Assembly: GCF_016433145.1 (NCBI RefSeq)
Contig: NC_058130.1
Location: forward strand, 784,204,020-784,268,019
Length of the DNA: 64,000 nt
Source of the DNA: Gracilinanus agilis
Lineage: Eukaryota
Direction of reading: 5' to 3'
Under the pieces are notes generated by a model. That model had not been told where the DNA came from. It worked only from the letters and a program-made list of their open reading frames with translations, and did no database searches. Both the position numbers and the translations under genes were made by a program. Numbering within the stretch: position 1 is the first letter of the stretch; every line of letters begins with the position of its first letter. This document shows, in pieces, positions 23,820 through 37,703 of the stretch.

Positions 23820-24900
23820 CGCAATGCCAGGGCTTGGATGCGCAGGCGCAATCAACTTATGCCCTTCCCCCCCCTAGATTCCCAACCGCTGAGCGCGCTG
23901 TAGCCCCGAGACTTCTTTCTCGGAGACCCTTAGTGGCTTGTGCACAGGCGCAGTAGCCTCGCGCCTCGCTTCATGCGCCTCGCGCCTCGTGGCTCCCTCC
24001 ATGCGCGCGCATCTAGGACTCAGCTTGGCCAATGGGCGGCCGCACTCTGAGCAGCTCGGCCAATCAGCGGTCGGCTTGGCGCGGATGGTGCACGAACAGG
24101 TCCGGCTCGCCCTTAGTCGGTTGCTGGTCGTTGAGGGCAGTGGTGTTGAGGAAAGCGGTGTCGGCGTCGGTGTCTCATCATGGTATGGATTGCGGGGACC
24201 CCGGGCCCAAACCTGGCTCCCTCCTCTGAGGCCTTCTCAGACCGATTCCTGGGCTGGGGAGCCTCCCTGAGGAAGCCCTGGGGCGAGGGCGGGAGACCCC
24301 TAAAGGATGGGGGAGGGGCCGCGGAGTGTGATTCCTCCATTTCGCATAAAGGGGACCCCGGGGCGGTGAGGGCAGGGGAGAGAACCGCAGGGAGAGAAGA
24401 GGGAAGCCGAGGCTGGGATTGGCGATCCCAAAAAGCCAAATAGAAGTCCCCGAAGTTCGGAGGAAGGGGCGCCTCAGGATCCCCGCCCTCAAAAGCAGCA
24501 GTGGGCGGGGCTCAGCATGGAGGCCCGGCCTGGAGACCAAAGATCTGGAATTTTATTGCGAACTCCGAGTGACCCTGGGAGAGGCCCTTCACCCCCCCCC
24601 CCCTCCGGCTGGGATCCCCTTTATGGGATAATTCTGAGACAGCAGGGAAGGGTTGGCCGCCGCCACCCCCACGTGTCTCGTCCAGGGGGGAATGAGGGGA
24701 GGAAGGGGCCAAGCCTTCACCCTTGGAGTTCTTTGGGGGTGGGGGAGGGGAGGTGGTCACGTGGCCCAAAGACCGCCTTGTGCTCACGTGGAAGAGAGAA
24801 TTGGTTAAGTGAGGAAGGGGGATTTGGGGGCCGGGAAGACCCACCCCCGCCTATGGGGAACCAGAAAATGAGGCAATATGGGAAGCTTTGGATCCCCCCA
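23820..24900 (+). promoter_or_regulatory. TUBA3 CpG-island promoter and proximal intron-1 regulatory region
   Basis: NRF1-type TGCGCAGGCGCA 23839-23850 and ATGCGCGCGCAT 24001-24012; CCAAT at 24029 and 24060; E2F-like TTGGCGCG 24076; GGCGGGA 24288-24294; TCACGTG at 24757 and 24784. Confidence 0.75.
24180..24182 (+). CDS. TUBA3: TUBA3 exon 1 coding part (ATG only)
   Basis: catcATG|GTATGG inside a CpG island. Vertebrate alpha-tubulin exon 1 typically ends at the ATG, and exon 2 starts in phase 0 with RECISIH. Confidence 0.88.
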
Positions 24901-25956
24901 AATCACATATTGGGTTTTTTGAGGCTATCAGGAGAAGTGACTTGCCCAGAGTCACCCAGCTAGGAAGGGGCTGAGGCTGGATTTGAATTCGAGGTTCCAT
25001 GCACTGTGCCACCTAACTGCCCCAATCATGGTTTTAAATGCCCAAAATTAGACGCGGAGAGCAACAAAGAAAAGCAGCCGTTGTGAGATAATTAGAAAAC
25101 ACGTAGAATCCATTCCAGGCCGAGGTGTGGTTACACGTGCCCTCCCCCCCCCCCCCCCATTTAGGCTGATGGAGAGGCTGAGGAGCGGGTGGGGACTAGT
25201 CTCAGCTTTGGCTACGGGCCATGATTTTAGATTGTCCCACTTGTTTGACCTCAAGCAGGGTCTGTGCCTCAGTGATCTTCTGTGGGGGGTTGGGGAGGGG
25301 GCATACCTGTAATAGTAACTGACAATAAGACAGTAGAAAGTGTTAGGTTGCCCAGTAGGCAGAGCACTAAGGCTGGAGTTCACATTTAGCCTCAGACTGG
25401 CCCTAGCTGGACAAGTCTCCTGTCCTTTTGCCTAGCCCTTTCCCTTCTGTCTTATGGCTTCCTGATCTTTGGAGGGCTTGATATTTTCAAGTGTAAATGG
25501 CAGTAATTGGGCAGTGCTCTAAAGTTTGTGAGGCACATCAGGCAGCCTCCATTTTGCAGATGGGGAAACTGAGGTTTTAATAGATGAGAGGGCTTGCTTA
25601 GGATCATTTGCTGGCAATCTAATTGGGATTAGAACTTTTACAACAAATGCTGAATTTAGTGAAAATAAGACAAGTGGGCAAGAATCCTGAAGGCTCATTC
25701 TTTTCCTTGCCTGCCTCTTACTTAGCCAGGAGCAGCAAGTCCTTTGGCCTCTCTGATCTTGATTTTCTCACATAAAATGAGAATGAATGTGTCTTCCCTG
25801 CCTCCTGGGTCTGTTTCTAGGTTTGAAAGATACTGGTTGGAAAAGGGCTTTGAAAGCCTGAAAAATAGTATAGAAAAAAAGGTAGAGGTTTTGCTTTTTC
25901 TACAAATATTGATCACCTGGAAAATTAACTTGAGATTTATGTATTCTTGTTCCTAG

Positions 25957-26310
<354 letters not shown>

Positions 26311-26840
26311 TGAGACCAAGCCAGCCTGTGAGAGGGGATCTTTTTTGCCAGGCTAATTGATTCAAAGGGATTCATGTCAATCAGCATGTAATTGAGCACC
26401 TGCCATGTGCAAGGTTGATCCACACTTGTCAGATTCACTGGAATTGCCTCAGTTTGCATTTTCACAGTTGGGGAGAGCATTGTTATATGTGAAAATCTAA
26501 AGTCAGCAGGCATTTCTTAGATTGTGCCAAGTTGTGGGGGCCCAGAGGAAGGCAAAAGCTCTCAGTCTGTGCTGTGTGAAACTGTTAGCTGATCTGTCAC
26601 ACTGTTCAAGGTGAAAAACTAAGACTATTAAGCCCCTCCTTTGTGCTGATGCTAGACTTAGACTTTTGTAGATGACTTTGTTAAGTGGAGTTCCTCTCCT
26701 CAAGTCCTCCGGTACCTTGGAGGTGACAGAAGTTCTCAAAAGACTCTGCCCCCAAGCATTTGCTTGCTCTAATGGCAGGAGCTCTGTGGTATGAATCTTT
26801 GGCTGCCTGCAGTGCACGATAATTTGAAGAGACTTAAAAA

Positions 26841-27028
26841 GGGGCAGCTAGGTGGCTCTGGATAGAGAACAGGCCTGGAGATAGGAGGTCCTGAGTTCAA
26901 ACATGGCCTCAGATACTTCCTAGCTATGTGACTCCTATTCCTAGGCTCTAATGCCTTGGAACCATTACTTTTAATTTCAATTCCAAGGCAGAAGGTAAGG
27001 GTTGAAGAGGAGGAGGAGGAGGAAGAGA
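26841..27028 (+). mobile_element. SINE1_Mdo-like SINE
   Basis: ggggcagctaggtgg head; TSD aagagacttaaa at 26828 and 27029. Confidence 0.85.
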
Positions 27029-27322
27029 AAGAGACTTAAAGTAATTTCTACCTTTTTTAGGCCTAGCAAGGAACAGCCTTCTTGTTCTCTAGGGCTCTAG
27101 CAGCTATCCAAAAGTGGATACAGGGGCTTTTCCATCACTAAAAGATTTCCAGATAAAGGCTGAATAAGCATTTAATGGGATTGTTATATAATTGACTCCT
27201 CACCCCAATCAGGGACAATTTGGGTTAAATTCCCTTGCCCAAGCGCCTCCCTCCCCCATCTGGTCTCCACTAGTTTTAGAATTCTTAAACCTTTTTCCTC
27301 CAGGAGACTTAATAGTCCTTGA

Positions 27323-28827
27323 TGTGATTTTTTTTTATGTTTTAGAAAAAATTTTCCCATGGTTACATGATTCATGTTCTTGCTCTCTCTCCCCTCACCC
27401 CCCAGTAGCCAACACACATTTCCACTGGTTTCTTCCTGTGTCATTGATCAAGACTTATTTCCATATTATTGATAATTGTTCTAGGGTGGTCATTAAGAGT
27501 CTACATACTAATCATGTCTGCATCAACCCATGTGTGGGTTAGGGTTGTTTTCCATAAATCCCTCAGAATTGTCCTGAGTCAATGCATTGCTGCTAGTACG
27601 GAAGTCCATTACATTCAATTTTACCACAGTGTATCCGTCTCTGTGTACAATGTTCTCCTGGTTCTGCTCCTTTCACTCTGCATCAATCCCTGGAGGTCAT
27701 TCTAGTTCACATGGAATTCCTCCAGCTTATTGTTCCTTTGAGCACAATAGTATTCCCAAAGTTCATTTGGAAGAACAAAAGATCAAGAATATCAAGGGAA
27801 ATAATGGGGAAAAAACCCATGAAGGAAGGGGGCCTAGCAGTACCAGATATTAAACTGCACTATAAAGCAGTAGTTATCAAAACAGTATGGTACTGGGTAA
27901 GAGACAGAAGGGAGGATCAGTGGAATAGACTTGGGGTAAGGGACGCTTTGGGACAAAAATCCAGTATTTGACAAAAACTGCTGGGAAAATTGGAAAACAA
28001 CATGGGAGAGATTAGGTTTAGATCAACATCTCACACCCAATACCAAGTTAAATTCAGAATGGGTGAATGACTTGAATATAAAGAAGGAAACTATAAGAAA
28101 ATTAGGCGAACACAGAATAGAAAACTTGTCAGATCTCTGGGAAAGGAAAGATTTTAAAACCAAGCAAGAGTTAGAAAAATTATAAAATGTAAAATAAATA
28201 ATTTCAATTAACATTAAATTAAAAAGGTTTTTGTACAAACAAAAACAATGCAACTAAAATCAGAAGGGAAACAACAAATTGGAAAATCTTTATAACAAAA
28301 AATTCTAACGGGTCTAATTACTCAAATATACAAGGAGCTAAATCAATTGTATAAAAAAATCAAGCCATTCCCCAATTGATAAATGGGCAAGGGACATGAA
28401 TAAGCAATTTTCAGATAAAGAAACCGAAATGATCAATAAGCACATGAGAAAGTTCTAAATCTCTAATAATTGGAGAAATGCAAATCAAAACAACTCTGAG
28501 GTATCACCTCACACCCAGCAGATTGGCTAAAATGACAGCAGGGGAGAGCAATAAATATTGGAGGGGATGTGGCCAAATTGGGACATTAATGCATTGCTGG
28601 TGGAGCTGTGAACTGATCCAAACATTCTGGATGGCAATTTGGAACTATGCTCAAAGGGCTATAAAAGAATGCCTACCCTTTGATCCAGCCATACCATTGC
28701 TGGGTTTGTACCCCAAAGAGATCATAGGGAAAAAACATGTACAAAAATATTTATAGCCACACTCTTTGTGGTGGCAAAAAACTGGAAAACAAGGGTATGC
28801 CCTTCAATTGGGGAATGGCTGAACAAA
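27323..28827 (-). mobile_element. 5'-inverted (twin-primed) L1 in TUBA3 intron 2
   Basis: 27323-27756 is the L1 3' end plus polyA on -; 27757-28827 is upstream ORF2 on +; TSD ttaatagtccttga at 27309-27322 and 28828-28841. Confidence 0.92.
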
Positions 28828-29475
28828 TTAATAGTCCTTGAGAATAATGAGTTCTTTATTGTTTGGGTCTAAATCCCTTTTCTATGAAATATCTATCATA
28901 TGATATATGATAGGAATCTATAGGAATGGAAAGTTGTCCCAGATGTCCCAGTTAAGGTGATATCAAATTGAATACCTCATAACCGAAGAATTATTTCTCC
29001 AGTAATGTTGCTGGGCTGGGTCATTATCCGAGATTGTCGTGCTCTCTCTTTTCTCCTCCATTGGGATTGGTAAGTGTGGGAGGTAAATGGACTTGTCTAG
29101 GGTCTGAATAGTGATGATGGTTGGATTTGAATTCAGAGCCTTGGCACCTCAATTTCCACTGTGCCACCCTTGTTAAAGAGCCTAGACATGAAATGACCTT
29201 GTAAAAGGATTTCTGGCCTCTAGAGGGATTGGCCGGGCTCCGAATGCTCACTCAGCCAAATACTAGGACCGTCACTAGATTTGGGGATCTAGGAGTTAGA
29301 AGGGGCCATAGAGATCCCTAATCTAACTCAGAAACGGCAGGTGTTTTGTGGTCTCTGCTCTGGTGGCCTTGGAGAAGGTCTGAGAGGCCCCAACCCCTGC
29401 AGCCCATTGCACTTTGACCTTCCCTCTTGGGGAGTTTCCTCTCACTCTTAAACACGGTTAAAATTTCTCAGCCAT

Positions 29476-29660
29476 GGGACAGTTAGGTGGCCCAGGGGAT
29501 AGTAGCCATGGGGGGGTCCTGGGTTCAAATGTGGCCTCTGACACTTCCTATCTCTGTGACCCTGGGAAGGTCACTTGACCCCAATTCCCTAATCCTTGCT
29601 CTCTTTTTGCCTTAGATCTGCCACATAGTGTCAATCATAAGACAGGAGGTATGGATTTAA
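29476..29660 (+). mobile_element. SINE1_Mdo-like SINE (diverged)
   Basis: gggacagttaggtgg...gggttcaaatgtggcctctgacacttcc...gacaggaggtatggatttaa. Confidence 0.75.
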
Positions 29661-30169
29661 AGCAGGACTTCTCAGCTGTTGACCTCCCACTAACCTGACA
29701 ATTCCCCTGAACTTTCTCTCCCTGATCTTGTTCAGCAGCCCATGAGCCTGCCCTTCTCCTTCAGCCTGGCACTTGCCGCTTCTCATTTTGGCCCATCAGC
29801 ACCACCCAGTTGTTCTGCTTAGCTCTCGTCTCTCCTCCTGGAGCCTTCTTCAGTTTCTATTCTGCAACCTGCTCAATTCTTCCCAGCCAGGCCTTCTCTA
29901 TCCTCCTCACTTGGCCTGGATCAACACTGTGGCCTGTGGGGTTGTTAGCCTTCATATTGGCCTCCGTTTCTCCTCCCCAGATTCAACCTCTGAGGCTCGA
30001 CTTGGAGTCAGATCCCTCAGTTCCAAAGTGGCCTCGGCCACTTACTAGTTGTGGAATCTTTGGCCTTGTCACTTAGCCTCTGCCTGCCTCCGTTTCATCT
30101 GTAAAATGAGAATAAATAGCTTCCAGCGATGCTAGCATTTATATTGTAACAATTAAATAGATAATAAAC

Positions 30170-30565
30170 TGAGGCCCAGAGTACCAAGCATGATCAATTT
30201 ATTGGCAAAGTGCACGTCTTCCAGGAAGTAGGGTCTCGGCTTCCCCACTGAGCCAACACCCCAAGTTAGGGGGATGTTTTATGGTTCTGGGGGGAGTATA
30301 GGACAGAGAACAGAAGGAGGAAGGAGGTGATGTTATGGACTTGAGGACAGCATGATTGGTTACGTAACTGAGGCACAGAGAGTCACGCGATTGGTTAGAA
30401 GTTTGGTAATGAAGAGCTACCAAGGATCCCCTTCTTCCGTTATTAAGAGGTGTTCATCGTTTGATGCCACCTGGGAGACGGTGGCCCAGACGTTTTGGAC
30501 AGCCAACCAGAACTCAAAGGACTGTTCAGTGGTATAAAGATACGGGCCTGCTTCCCTTTATGGCA
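30170..30565 (-). mobile_element. Probable antisense solo LTR in TUBA3 intron 2
   Basis: On - strand: CCAAT (30394, 30359), CATAAAA (30283), AATAAA (30203), within TG...CA bounds. The TSD is imperfect (aaac/aaca). Confidence 0.5.
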
Positions 30566-30760
30566 AACAGCATCCCCCAAGGTCAGCTAAGTTCCTTGTG
30601 GCAAGAATAGAACAGGGAACAGCAAGAAAACTGGATTTCTAAACCCATTAGAGGCCAGCTGAATTCTGACTAAGTTCAGAGGCAGAGAATCCTGTCTTAG
30701 GCAGTTACAAGATAAAAGTAGCTCATTGTAAATAAAATCAATAGAAAATGATACAGAATC

Positions 30761-30961
30761 CATTTCTTTTAACCCATGCCTTTTGTCTTGGAATCCTACT
30801 GTGGATGGGTTCCAAGGCAGAAGAGCAGTAAAGGCTAGGCCATGGGGATGAAGTGACTTGCCCGGGGTCATATTGCTGGGAAGTATCTGAGGTCACATTT
30901 GAACCCAGGACCTTTCATCTCTAGGCCTGGCTCTCATTCCTTTGAGCCACCTGCCTGCCTC
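30761..30961 (-). mobile_element. SINE1_Mdo-like SINE
   Basis: TSD tacagaatc at 30752 and 30962; gtgacttgcccggggtca core. Confidence 0.85.
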
Positions 30962-31243
30962 TACAGAATCAATCTTAATCATTTCCATACCAAGCACTTT
31001 AAAGTTTGCAGAGTGTTCGACAGATAGTTTCCCTGGAAATGAATTGCCTTATCTGTTAAGAGGATAACATGAGATATTTGTAAAGCTCTTTGCAAACCTC
31101 CAAGCCAATACACGAATGCTAGTTATTTACTGACTTTACTACGACCATCCAGTTTCCCTCTTTCACCCGAGTCCTGATCTACAGTGTTCTCCCAGAGAAG
31201 CTTTCTGATGATCTCTCAGGTCCCTTCCAATGCCCACACTTAG

Positions 31244-31522
<279 letters not shown>

Positions 31523-33163
31523 TAAATGGTCTTGGAGCATAGCTCCTCACTAGACGTGTGCCCGTGGCAAACTCGAAAGGGAGGGAGCTGCCTTAGCCAC
31601 CATTTGGACTTGTGCGAATGCTCTTTGTTTATTTATAGGTGACATATAAGTAGCATTCTGAAGTTTTGTACAGCCCTTTCATCACTAAGCATTTAAGAGC
31701 TCATTGTATTCCAAGCACAAAACCCAGCCAGGGGGGTAGAAGTGAGGAGGGACTGCATTCTGGGCATGAGAACAGAGGACCTATAGAATGGCCCAGTGTG
31801 AGGGAGGTATGGACCAGAGCATAGATACCAAGAGGAGGGCCCAGTGGAGAGGTGTTAACTAAGCAACTGGTGCTAGGGGGCTAGAGCTTCAGAGAGAGAC
31901 AAGGGGGTGAATGTATAGCCCAAGAATCATCAGTATAGAAAGAAGAGAGGGCTGTGAAGAGCCAGGACTCTGGTGAGGGGCCACGAAGGAGGTTCAGGAT
32001 TATGAAACCAGGGAGCTGGCGATGGCTGACAAGCTCCTGGGCTGCAGAGGTCTTCACAACAGACTCTCTTCCTTTGACTCAGAGAGGCTGTCAAGCTGAG
32101 GCCATGGCAGGGTCCAAGTCTAGGTCTCCTGGCCCCAGGTCAGAGGTTTTTTGCATTGGTGGCATCTTGTTTGTTGGAATTGAGCAAAAACTTGTTCTCA
32201 GGCCATGTTGGCAAACCTATGATGCGTGCCAGGATGTGCTGGAGGGGGCTGCTCTGTTCCTCATCTCTCTCACATCTCCCACCCCTCTGCCCAGCAGCCC
32301 AATGGGAGTGCTTCCTCCCTCCCCTGTCTGGGGTAAGGGGAGGCTTATGTGCAGCCTGAGGGTTGTGGTTTGGGCACTCGGGCTCTGAGGTCTCTAAAAG
32401 GTTTGCCATTACAGGCATGTGCTTTAAAGCTGAGGGAGGAGGAAGGGTTCCAAAATTAACTATGGTGATTCCTGCCCTCAGGGAACCTTCCATCTAGTAG
32501 CCAGGTCTGTTTGTACCAACATTTTAAGGCTCCAATTTAATTTAAGGCTCTAATATGTGTGCATATTCCCTCCTCCTGGACCCAGGGTCATTGTGTGACA
32601 TGAGGAGGCCCTGAAGAACTTTTGTGAGGGAAGACTAAGAATAAAAACTCTAAAATACAATGAAACTTGAGTGGGGGAATGGGAGAGGGCCATCAGGAAT
32701 AACTTTGGGGGAGAAGTTCATGGAGAAGGAGGTGGCACTGGAGTGGGGCTTTGAGATCAGAAATTAATAGGCTTAGTGATGGAGAGGACTCTGTGAGTTT
32801 AGAGGAAGTCTTCTGTGCTTCCCATTTCTGTGGGACGCTGGCTAATGTGGGTTCCTTGATGTTACTGCTTGAGATCAGTGGAACATCCTTGGTGGGTAGA
32901 AAAGTGAGGAGAGGATTGACTCTGCAGCACTGTTGGTGATGGCCTTATGCAGGATTGGGATGGATGGCTAACAAGAACGTTTTTTTGTCAATGTAGTGCC
33001 ATCTGTGTGTCTTTCCAAAAGAGATGAAGTCTGTGTTTTAGGTGAAAGTTTTGGAAGGGACCCAAAGAGGCTTTCTTGAAATCCCTTTCTGAACCTTTAG
33101 GAGAAGCCAGACTTGTGGCAGTCTGCGGGGGCCCCCCAGAGAGGCTCCGGCGCCCTTCGGTGA

Positions 33164-34290
<1,127 letters not shown>

Positions 34291-34362
34291 GCCAGGAGGG
34301 ATGCCCGAGCCTCGCTTCCCGCCCCCGAGAGTATAACTAACTGGTTACAGAATTTGTTTACG

Positions 34363-34368
34363 AATAAA
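34363..34368 (+). terminator. TUBA3 polyadenylation signal
   Basis: AATAAA 72 nt after the stop codon. Confidence 0.75.
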
Positions 34369-35133
34369 CGTTTACGTAGTAACGCTGCGTCGTGCGCCTC
34401 TTCTCTGCGGCCTCCTGGCTCCCCCCAGGGAGGGCGTCGGGGTTCAGGGGGGCCTCTGCAATCCTCTGGTCCCATCTCTGCCCTTGACAACTTCCCAGTA
34501 AGAAGTTGGCACTGCGGAGGCAGCCCAAGGGGTACTGGGGAGGGGAAGTGCCCAGTAAGGAGAGTCTCAGAGCTGGCAGGGACCAGGGTTCCTCTAGTCC
34601 AGCCCAAAGGAAACACTTCTCCTTGGTGGCCTTTTCTGGAGGACAAACCCACCTCCCCTGGAGGCAGTCAGGGCCAACGAGCTGTTTCCTGCACCTTCTC
34701 GGCCTCTTGGCAGCCTCTCCTCAGGCCAAGCACAAGGCTCACCCCTCTTGCAAAGGACGGCCCCAGAGCTACTGGAGGATGGCATGTGTCCCCTTAGGTT
34801 TTCCTTCTGGGCCAACTAAGACTTTTTTTCTTGAATTTGGCCTCAAAGGAAATTTAGAGAGCTCTTTGGGGCCCACGAGCTCCTGTGGCTTTTGGGGTAA
34901 CAGACAGGCACACAGAACAGATGGGAAGGAGCAGAGTCAGAACTCGGGGACCTTTGGCGAAGGTTGGACGGCAGCCTGTCCTCCCTTGTAGAGGCAGTTT
35001 GTGTTGAGGCTGGGGACCGCGGCTTGGATTCTGACTCGAGAAGGAAGGGGCCCCCCCTGCCCCATAAGTGAGGTGGCCTGTGGGATAGATAACAGGCCCA
35101 CATCCTGGGTCATGAGGCTTTCTTTTTCAATAG

Positions 35134-35338
35134 TTTTTTTTTTTATCTTTATTTTTTTTTTAAACCCTTGTACTTCAGTGTATTGTCTCATAGGTGGAAG
35201 ATTGGTAAGGGTGGGCAATGGGGGTCAAGTGACTTGCCCAGGGTCACACAGCTGGGAAGTGGCTGAGGCCGGGTTTGAACCCAGGACCTCCTGTCTCTAG
35301 GCCTGACTGTCACTCCACTGAGCTACCCAGCTGCCCCC
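35134..35338 (-). mobile_element. SINE1_Mdo-like SINE, variant 3' end, young-looking
   Basis: Intact head ggggcagctgggtagctcagtgg, long T-tract, TSD tttcaatag at 35125 and 35339. Confidence 0.88.
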
Positions 35339-37447
35339 TTTCAATAGAGTTTTATGGATACTTTTTAACCAAAATTTCTGCCTCCCCTCCCCCCCCAGCC
35401 ATCCCTAATTATAATTTATAAAGGAAAAAGTTAACCAAAGAAGTTGCCATTATGTGTAGTATTCTACGTTTGAGGGCCTCATCTCACGCCACCTATTTTT
35501 TGGGATTACATGTAAAACAGTTTTTGACAATTCTGACATTTCAGGAAATGGTCAGTTAAAGGTTATGCCAGTGCTCTTGTGCAGTGTGTATTTCCATGTT
35601 CCCGGAGCCGTGACAGAAGACACGCCACATAAGTCTCATGAAGGAAATAAAGGGAAGGATTGGCGAGCTTTGATCTGCCACCAGACCCAACGTTCCTCCT
35701 TTAGCCTTGGGCAGCGCGTGCTGCTGCTTTAGGGCCGAGTTTGGTCATTATCATTTCTCCATATTGACTATCGGTTCTTTGCTTCTGTTTACATTTTAAT
35801 GTAAAAAAAGTTTTTAAATTATTTTTTATCATTTTTTTGTTTGCCCGGTTCTACGGGCTTCATTTTGCATCAGTTCGTATGAGCTTTACTAGGCTTCTCG
35901 GTATTCATTCTGTGGCCTTTTTTTCTTTTTTTTTAATTTCCGGGCAATCCAGTTCCTCCCTCACCTCCCCACACCAGAGAAGTCATAGATTGGGTCTTTG
36001 TTTCCATGACTTGGTTCATCTGTGGCTGAATATATAGTATAAGTTTAAAAGAAAAATTAATCCGGGGAGTTCTGGATGGAGAGCCAGACCTAGGACAGGA
36101 AGGCCTGTGTTCAGATCCAGCCTCCGAGGCTTCCCAGCTGTGTGGCCCTGGGCAAGTCACTTCTCCCCCACTGCCTAGCCCTTAAGGCTCTCTGCCTTGG
36201 AGTGGATGCATAGAATTGACACTAAGAGAGGTCAGTGCCCAAACCGCACCCTCATAGCCCATGTGATCCTCTGCCTTACCCCAGACAGGGGAGGGGAGCA
36301 GCCCCCCCCCATCCCCCGCACACGTGCTGTAGGTTCGCCAACACGGCCGGGCACGCTGCCTCTCCCCCCTCTGGGCGCATCATCACCAGACCCATTTCCA
36401 GGGTGTTCATTTCGGGGAGTGATCTCTAAAAGCAGGACCCCACCTCATAAACCCAAATAGCGCAGCGCGCTCAGCCGGGGTCTTCCTCCGGAGGCCGCTG
36501 TCATTCTTTGTTCTAGGTCAGGGCAGCCAAGGCTCTCCCAGGGGAACGTTCTGCCATATTGACCTCCTGCTCTGCAGGGAGGTGGGGGGGGACTCCTCTG
36601 GGGCGGAGGAGGGGTGGCCTGAGGGTTTGAGGAAGATGCCTTCAGAGCTCTTCTGGAGGGTCCAGAACAAGCTCTTCTCTCCCATCCATTCCCTCAGGGC
36701 TGTCTTGGCTCTCAGAGGTCAGAGAAAAGCCCCAGAAGCCCCCCAGGTTTTCTTCTTTTTTTTTTTTTTTAATTTTTTAAGAGCCTGAAAAAACTGCCAC
36801 AAACATGATTTCCACTTTCAGGGCACGGAAGGCTGTTGGGGAAATGGTGGCAATGAGGTCTAGTGGATTCCACTGTACCTCCCAGGCACGCGGGCCCTGC
36901 TGGTCCACACTGGCCTCCCCCTTCCCCGGCTGCCTTCTGGGTATCTGGGTGTTCTCCACCAGCCCACGCCTCCCCCCTCCGTAATCACACCTGCGGGCAG
37001 CAAGCTTCTGCCTGCTTCACGCCGCATCAGCCCCCCCCAAGACACCCCTCGGACCTCGTTCTTCAGGTGAAAGGTGAAAGGGCAGCCTCGGAGTTTCCTG
37101 TTCTTGGCTACAACCATGATTCTGGCCCCGGGGGTCCTGCCCCCAGCCTCTGGTCTCTGTGGATTTGAACCCAGGGCCTTGGGCTACCAGGACCCAGATG
37201 ACAGCCGTTTAAATCCTTCACAGACCTTAAAGGGCTCCATAATGAAGTCGGTGGCGTTGTTGAAAAGGAATTAGCGGGGGGGGGGGGGGTGTCTGCGGAC
37301 CCCGGCGAGTCCCTTCACCCGCCTGGCCTGGCCTGGCCTGGCTGCTCCTCTGCCCAGAACAGATCCCGGGGAGCTTACTAAAGAAGGAAGCGTGAATGGG
37401 AGGACAGAAGCTCTCAGCCCATCCACCAGCCTCAATTTAAAACACGG

Positions 37448-37453
37448 TTTATT
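37448..37453 (-). terminator. MZT2 polyadenylation signal
   Basis: tttatt on + = AATAAA on -, 107 nt past the stop codon. Confidence 0.7.
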
Positions 37454-37560
37454 GTGGGTGGGAGGAAGCAGGCGGCCGGAGGCCCCTCCTGGCCCAGAGC
37501 CGCCTCTCGGGATCCTGCTTCGGCGCCGCTCCTGGGCCTGTTCGTGCCGGGTGGGGGGCC

Positions 37561-37703
37561 TCAGCTGCTGCTCCGGGTGGGACTCTTCCCGGCGCCGCCC
37601 CCCTTGGGCAGCCTGCTGGCGCTGGGCTGCCGAGGCCCCCGCTGGCTCGCTCCCTCTCGGCCTCCACGCTCCCCCAGCACCGGGCCGCCGCTCTTGTTTC
37701 TCC
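37561..37703 (-). CDS. MZT2: MZT2 exon 3 with stop; full CDS 528 nt = 175 aa
   Basis: cccccag|GG AGA AAC AAG reads (G)RNKSGGPVLGERGGREGASQRGPRQPSASRLPKGGGAGKSPTRSSS*, matching the MZT2 C-terminal motif RQPSA.RLPKGGG.GKSPTR. Confidence 0.93.
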
